From contig DISR01000041.1 of assembly GCA_002421825.1 (NCBI GenBank), positions 29,108-93,107 on the forward strand: a stretch of 64,000 nt of DNA. Direction: 5' to 3'. Below are positions 59,405-64,000 of this stretch, in pieces. The notes beneath the pieces are model-generated. The model had not been told where the DNA came from, ran no database searches, and saw only the letters and a list, made by a program, of their open reading frames with translations. Within the stretch, counting starts at the first letter, position 1, and every line of letters begins with the position of its first letter. Source of the DNA: Thiobacillus sp. UBA6205. GTDB lineage: Bacteria > Pseudomonadota > Gammaproteobacteria > Burkholderiales > Thiobacillaceae. Position numbers and translations under genes: made by a program.

Positions 59405-62119
59405 ATGAGCCTCAAGGACTGGATAGACAGCAGTGCGCTCAGCGCCGCCAGCACGGCGTTTCTCGAAGAGCATGCGGACATGGTCCCGCCGGACTGGCTG
59501 GAGCGTCCTTTGGCCGCGGCAGGCGGAGCGCGCGAAACGCTTCCCGAGCGGCTGTTCGAATCCAGGCAGGTCGGCGCCCTGCGCATCATCAATGCCTACC
59601 GCTACCTCGGCGCGCGCCAGGCCGACCTTGACCCGCTCGCGCGCTTCGAGCGCGAAGCGCTGGCCGAACTGACCCCCGAGTACTACGGCATCGGCCCCGC
59701 CGACCTCGAGCAGGAATTCGACACCGGCACGCTCATCGGCCCCGGGCGCGCAAGGCTCGCCGACACCATCGTGCGCCTGAAGCGCATCTACTGCGGCACC
59801 GTCGGGGTCGAGTACATGCATCTCTCCGACGTACCGCGCAAGCGCTGGATACAGGAGCGCATGGAAGGCTCCGACGGCTATTTCCATCACACCCCCGAAC
59901 TGAGGAGGCATCTGCTCGGCCGCCTCACCGATTCGGAAACCCTGGAGAAATTCCTGCATACCCGCTATCCCGGGCAGAAGCGTTTCTCGCTCGAAGGTTC
60001 GGAAAGCCTGATCCCGCTGCTCGATACCGTCATCGGCCGCGCCGCCCTGCACGGCGCGCGCGAGGTCGTCATGGGCATGGCGCACCGCGGGCGCATCAAC
60101 GTCCTGAACACCCTGTTCGGCCGCTCGCTCGACAGCCTGTTCGAGGAGCCGGCCAACGGCAGCAAGGAGGGGCCGCTCTCGGGCGACGTGAAATACCACC
60201 AGGGCTTTTCCAACGACGTGGCCACGCCCAACGGGCCGGTTCATCTGGCGCTGGCCTTCAATCCCTCGCACCTGGAAATCGTGCACCCGGTGGTGCGCGG
60301 CTCGGTGCGCGCGCGCCAGGACCGCCGCGGCGACGCGACCGGCATCGAGGTGGTGCCGGTGATCCTGCACGGCGATGCCGCGCTCTCCGGCCAGGGCGTG
60401 GTGATGGAAAGCCTCAACATGTCGCAGACGCGCGGCTTCCGCAACGGCGGCGCCGTCCACGTCGTCATCAACAACCAGATCGGCTTCACCACCTCGGACC
60501 CGCGCGACGTGCGCTCCAGCCTGTACTGCACCGACGTCGCCAAGATGGTGGAGGCGCCGGTGTTCCACGTCAACGCCGACGATGCCGATGCCGTGGCCTG
60601 GGTGGCGCAGATGGCGGTCGACTACCGCTATACCTTCCACAAGAACGTGTTCATCGACCTGGTGTGCTTCCGTCGCCACGGCCACAACGAGCAGGACGAG
60701 CCGCTGGTCACCCAGCCGCTCATGTACCGCAAGATACGGGAACATCCCGGCACGCGCGCCAAATATGCGCGGCGCCTGGTCGAGGAGGGCGTGCTGCGCG
60801 AGGGCGAAGATGCGGCCATGGTCGATGCCAGCCGTGCCAGGCTCGAACGCGGCGAAAGCCTGAGCCCGCCCGCCCCCGCGGATTTCCCCCAGGTCTTTGC
60901 CACCAACTGGAGCCGCTTCCGAGGCGGTGACATCAGCCTCCCGGCGGATACCGGCGTGGCATCGGAGGACCTCAAGCGCCTGGGCGAGCGCATTACCCAG
61001 GTGCCGCAAGGCTTCGGCCTGCACGACCGCCTGGCCAAGGCGGTGGCCGACCGCAGGAAAATGATCGCCGGCGAGCAGCCGCTCGACTGGGGCATGGCCG
61101 AGAATCTCGCCTATGCCAGCCTGCTCGACAAGGGCGTCAACGTGCGCCTCACCGGCCAGGATGCGCGCCGCGGCACCTTCTTCCATCGCCATGCCGTGTG
61201 GCACGACCAGAACCGCAAGCTGCGCACCGAGGGCGTATACGTGCCGCTAGAACACCTGCACGAGCGCCAGGGCAACTTCACCGTGATCGATTCGCTGCTG
61301 TCGGAAGAGGCCGTGCTCGCCTATGAATACGGCTACGCCACCGCCGAACCGGACACCCTGGTGCTGTGGGAGGCGCAATTCGGCGATTTCGCCAACGGCG
61401 CGCAGGTCGTGATCGACCAGTTCATCTCCAGCGGCGAGGCCAAGTGGGGGCGGCTGTGCGGGCTTGTCATGCTGCTGCCGCACGGTTACGAAGGGCAGGG
61501 GCCGGAGCATTCCTCGGGCAGGATCGAACGTTTCATGCAGATGTCAGCGCAGAACAACTGGCAGGTGTGCGTGCCCACGCTGCCTTCGCAGATTTTCCAT
61601 CTGCTGCGGCGCCAGATCGTGCGTCCGGTGCGCAAGCCGCTGGTGGTGTTCACGCCCAAGAGCCTGCTCCGGCACCCGCAGGCCGTGTCCTCCCTGCAGG
61701 ACCTGGCCGCAGGCGGCTTCCAGGCCGTGATCGACGACCCGGACGCGCCGCGCGATGCCAGGCGCGTCGTGGTGTGCTCCGGCAAGCTGTATTACGAACT
61801 CCATGCCGCGCGCGGCGGGCGCCGCGACGTGGCGCTGGTGCGCATCGAGCAGCTCTATCCTTTCCCGGAAGACAGCCTGCGTGAAGTGCTGGCCGCCTAT
61901 CCGAACGCGAACGCGTCCATCTGGGCACAGGAGGAACCGATGAACCAGGGCGCCTGGTATTCGATCTGGCACCACCTGAACCGTTGCGTGCCCGACGACA
62001 GAAGATTCCGCCATGTGGGGCGCGAGGCCGCCGCCGCGCCGGCCTCCGGCTATCCTTCGCGCCACAAGGCAGAGCAGGCTGCACTGATCAACGAAGCGCT
62101 GGGGAGCGATGCCGGATGA
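59405..62119 (+). CDS. sucA: 2-oxoglutarate dehydrogenase E1
   Basis: [20 protein letters not shown]...[21 protein letters not shown]. Confidence 0.95.
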   Translation: MSLKDWIDSSALSAASTAFLEEHADMVPPDWLERPLAAAGGARETLPERLFESRQVGALRIINAYRYLGARQADLDPLARFEREALAELTPEYYGIGPADLEQEFDTGTLIGPGRARLADTIVRLKRIYCGTVGVEYMHLSDVPRKRWIQERMEGSDGYFHHTPELRRHLLGRLTDSETLEKFLHTRYPGQKRFSLEGSESLIPLLDTVIGRAALHGAREVVMGMAHRGRINVLNTLFGRSLDSLFEEPANGSKEGPLSGDVKYHQGFSNDVATPNGPVHLALAFNPSHLEIVHPVVRGSVRARQDRRGDATGIEVVPVILHGDAALSGQGVVMESLNMSQTRGFRNGGAVHVVINNQIGFTTSDPRDVRSSLYCTDVAKMVEAPVFHVNADDADAVAWVAQMAVDYRYTFHKNVFIDLVCFRRHGHNEQDEPLVTQPLMYRKIREHPGTRAKYARRLVEEGVLREGEDAAMVDASRARLERGESLSPPAPADFPQVFATNWSRFRGGDISLPADTGVASEDLKRLGERITQVPQGFGLHDRLAKAVADRRKMIAGEQPLDWGMAENLAYASLLDKGVNVRLTGQDARRGTFFHRHAVWHDQNRKLRTEGVYVPLEHLHERQGNFTVIDSLLSEEAVLAYEYGYATAEPDTLVLWEAQFGDFANGAQVVIDQFISSGEAKWGRLCGLVMLLPHGYEGQGPEHSSGRIERFMQMSAQNNWQVCVPTLPSQIFHLLRRQIVRPVRKPLVVFTPKSLLRHPQAVSSLQDLAAGGFQAVIDDPDAPRDARRVVVCSGKLYYELHAARGGRRDVALVRIEQLYPFPEDSLREVLAAYPNANASIWAQEEPMNQGAWYSIWHHLNRCVPDDRRFRHVGREAAAAPASGYPSRHKAEQAALINEALGSDAG

Positions 62120-63318
62120 AGATCGAGATCAAGGCGCCCGAGCTGTCCGAATCCATTACCACCGGCACCCTGCTGGCCTGGCGCAGGCAGGCGGGCGAAA
62201 AAGTCCTGCGCGACGAAACCATTATCGACATCGAAACCGACAAGGTCATTCTCGAAGTGGCTGCACCCGCCGACGGCGTGCTCATCGAACAGCGCCACGC
62301 CGAGGGCGACACGGTGAAGGCCGGAGAAGTGCTGGCGGTGATCGAAACCGAAGGGGCGGCGGCCGTCGAGCCGGCGCCGGTCAAACAAACCGAAAAAGTG
62401 GCCGAGACGGTGCCCGCCGCTGCGCCTGTTCAATCCCAACCACAAACGCGCTCCGTCGAACTTTCTGCCCTCTCCCTTGACGGGAGAGGGCAGGGTGAGG
62501 GTGGAAGTGCGAAAAAAACAGCCCAGCCCCCCGGCCCGCCCAAGTCCGAAACCCGCCCCGCCAAACCGGTGCCCGACAGCGGCCCGCACCGCAAGAAGCT
62601 GCCGGTGGCGGAAAAGGAGGGCAGGGAACGGCGCGTGTCCATGTCGCGCCTGCGCCAGCGCATCGCCGAGCGCCTGGTGTCCGCCCAGCACACCGCCGCC
62701 ATCCTCACCACTTTCAACGAAGCCAGCATGCAGCCGGTCAACGAGCTGCGCCAGCGCTTCAAGGCCGAGTTCGAGACGCGCCACGGCGTCAAGCTGGGCT
62801 ACATGTCCTTCTTCGTGCGCGCGGTGTGCGATGCGCTGAAGCAGTTCCCCGTGCTGAACGCCTCCATCGACGGCGAGGACATCGTTTATCACGACTACTA
62901 CGACATCGGCATTGCCGTGTCCACCCCGCGCGGCCTGGTCGTGCCCATCCTGCGCGATGCCGAGCGCCTGTCCTTCGCCGAAATCGAGCAAGGCATCGCC
63001 GACTTCGCCGCGCGCGCGCAGACCGGCGCGCTTAACATCGACGAACTCACCGGCGGCACCTTCTCCATTACCAACGGCGGGGTGTTCGGCTCGCTGCTCT
63101 CCACGCCCATCCTCAATCCGCCGCAGTCCGGCATCCTCGGCATGCACAAGATCCAGGAGCGCCCCGTGGCCGAGAACGGCCAGGTCGTCATCCGCCCCAT
63201 GATGTATCTCGCGCTGTCCTACGACCACCGCCTCATCGACGGCAAGGATGCGGTGCAATTCCTGGCCGCGGTCAAGACGGCGCTGGAAGAGCCGGACAGG
63301 CTGCTGCTGGAGGTTTGA
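62116..63318 (+). CDS. sucB: Dihydrolipoyl succinyltransferase E2
   Basis: Lipoyl motif IETDKV; catalytic [10 protein letters not shown]. Confidence 0.95.
   Translation: MKIEIKAPELSESITTGTLLAWRRQAGEKVLRDETIIDIETDKVILEVAAPADGVLIEQRHAEGDTVKAGEVLAVIETEGAAAVEPAPVKQTEKVAETVPAAAPVQSQPQTRSVELSALSLDGRGQGEGGSAKKTAQPPGPPKSETRPAKPVPDSGPHRKKLPVAEKEGRERRVSMSRLRQRIAERLVSAQHTAAILTTFNEASMQPVNELRQRFKAEFETRHGVKLGYMSFFVRAVCDALKQFPVLNASIDGEDIVYHDYYDIGIAVSTPRGLVVPILRDAERLSFAEIEQGIADFAARAQTGALNIDELTGGTFSITNGGVFGSLLSTPILNPPQSGILGMHKIQERPVAENGQVVIRPMMYLALSYDHRLIDGKDAVQFLAAVKTALEEPDRLLLEV
62468..62502 (+). repeat. Solo REP-like hairpin in frame within sucB
   Basis: CCCTCTCCC-TTGAC-GGGAGAGGG-CAGGGTGAGGGT; same family as the DUF559 flanks. 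Confidence 0.75.
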
Positions 63319-63414
63319 GTTTCCGCCGACTCATCGAGCGGCCATGATTGCATGCCGCATCTCCACCATGCCCGCATCACCGAAGACACGGCGCGCCACG
63401 GCGCAATGCGCGGT

Positions 63415-63558
63415 ACTGCGAAGATGCCCGCGAATTGGCCGCCGGCACCCGCAAAGGCCGGCGCTGCAAACCGGATTCGATGCCGGCCGCTCCGCACTCG
63501 GGTGTTCATGCGCCTTGGGGTCATTTCCCGGGCCGGCCTGGTGAATTGTCCGGGCTAG
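63415..63558. mobile_element. Third copy of CTAG-ended MITE-like repeat (left TIR missing)
   Basis: AATTGGCCGCCGG...CCGCAAAGGCCGGCG...GGATTCGATGCCG...GTGAATTGTCCGGGCTAG. Confidence 0.8.
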
Positions 63559-64000
63559 GGTTCAGGGTGGGGCAGGTCCCGCTCGACTGCCGTGCCAGGC
63601 CGTGCTCGCACGAGTTCCTCCAGATGAGGCAGAAGCTCGCAATGTTTCTGGACATGGAAAATGTAGCGCGGCACCTCCTGTCCGGTAGTCTGGGCCATGA
63701 AGGGTTCGCCCCAGAAGCTGAGCAGCGCTTCGGGCCCGCCGCCCGCCTGGCTGTCGGCCAGGATGTAGGAAACCGTCCGGCTCAATTTATGCCAGCGCGG
63801 CTCCCTAACCTTTGCGTGACCGGAACAGGAGGCGATTCTGGGTTGTATGTCCCGCTGCCATAATTCCTTCTGGCTTTCGTCAAGAACGAACTGGATCGAA
63901 GTGACCATGGGATTATCCACCGCCGGCCGCAGCAAAGCGTCAAAGAGGGGTGGGGACTTATACATCGAGAGGCACACGTTGAACCAGATGGTTTCGCCGC
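63555..64000 (-). CDS. Hypothetical protein, 5' end beyond window
   Basis: Frame is open to the window edge; protein-like composition; its stop TAG lies within the MITE's CTAG. Confidence 0.65.
   Translation of the reverse strand, partial: GETIWFNVCLSMYKSPPLFDALLRPAVDNPMVTSIQFVLDESQKELWQRDIQPRIASCSGHAKVREPRWHKLSRTVSYILADSQAGGGPEALLSFWGEPFMAQTTGQEVPRYIFHVQKHCELLPHLEELVRARPGTAVERDLPHPEP

Overview
High-GC chromosomal segment of a sulfur-oxidising betaproteobacterium; the gene content (qmoAB-hdrCB, PPi-PFK/hppA, DUF302) suggests Thiobacillaceae/Nitrosomonadales, which is an inference. It is mostly housekeeping: tamB, a hybrid histidine kinase, a small stress/quality-control cluster, miaA, xseA, exbBD-lpxK-kdsB-adk, a pyrophosphate cluster (pfp, hppA, ppa), qmoAB-hdrCB, an Irr-like regulator, hisDCBHAFIE-hinT-tatABC, amt with an NtrC/IHF/sigma54 promoter, dnaE, metG and a TCA cluster (acnA, malic enzyme, sdhCDAB, sdhE, gltA, sucAB). 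I found no rRNA, tRNA, CRISPR array, integrase or transposase. The most striking structure is a DUF559 endonuclease gene between perfect 119-bp inverted repeats inside the sdh operon; its frame reads through the right repeat and a 33-bp tandem array into SdhE, and a solo copy of the same REP-like hairpin sits in frame in sucB. Other notable items: at least four further dispersed palindromic repeat families including a CTAG-ended MITE, an anti-Shine-Dalgarno small RNA, a DnaA-box cluster, a nucleotidyltransferase with a small partner gene, and an unrecognised ~985-aa secreted protein with beta-hairpin repeats. All product calls come from recognising motifs by eye; no searches were run.
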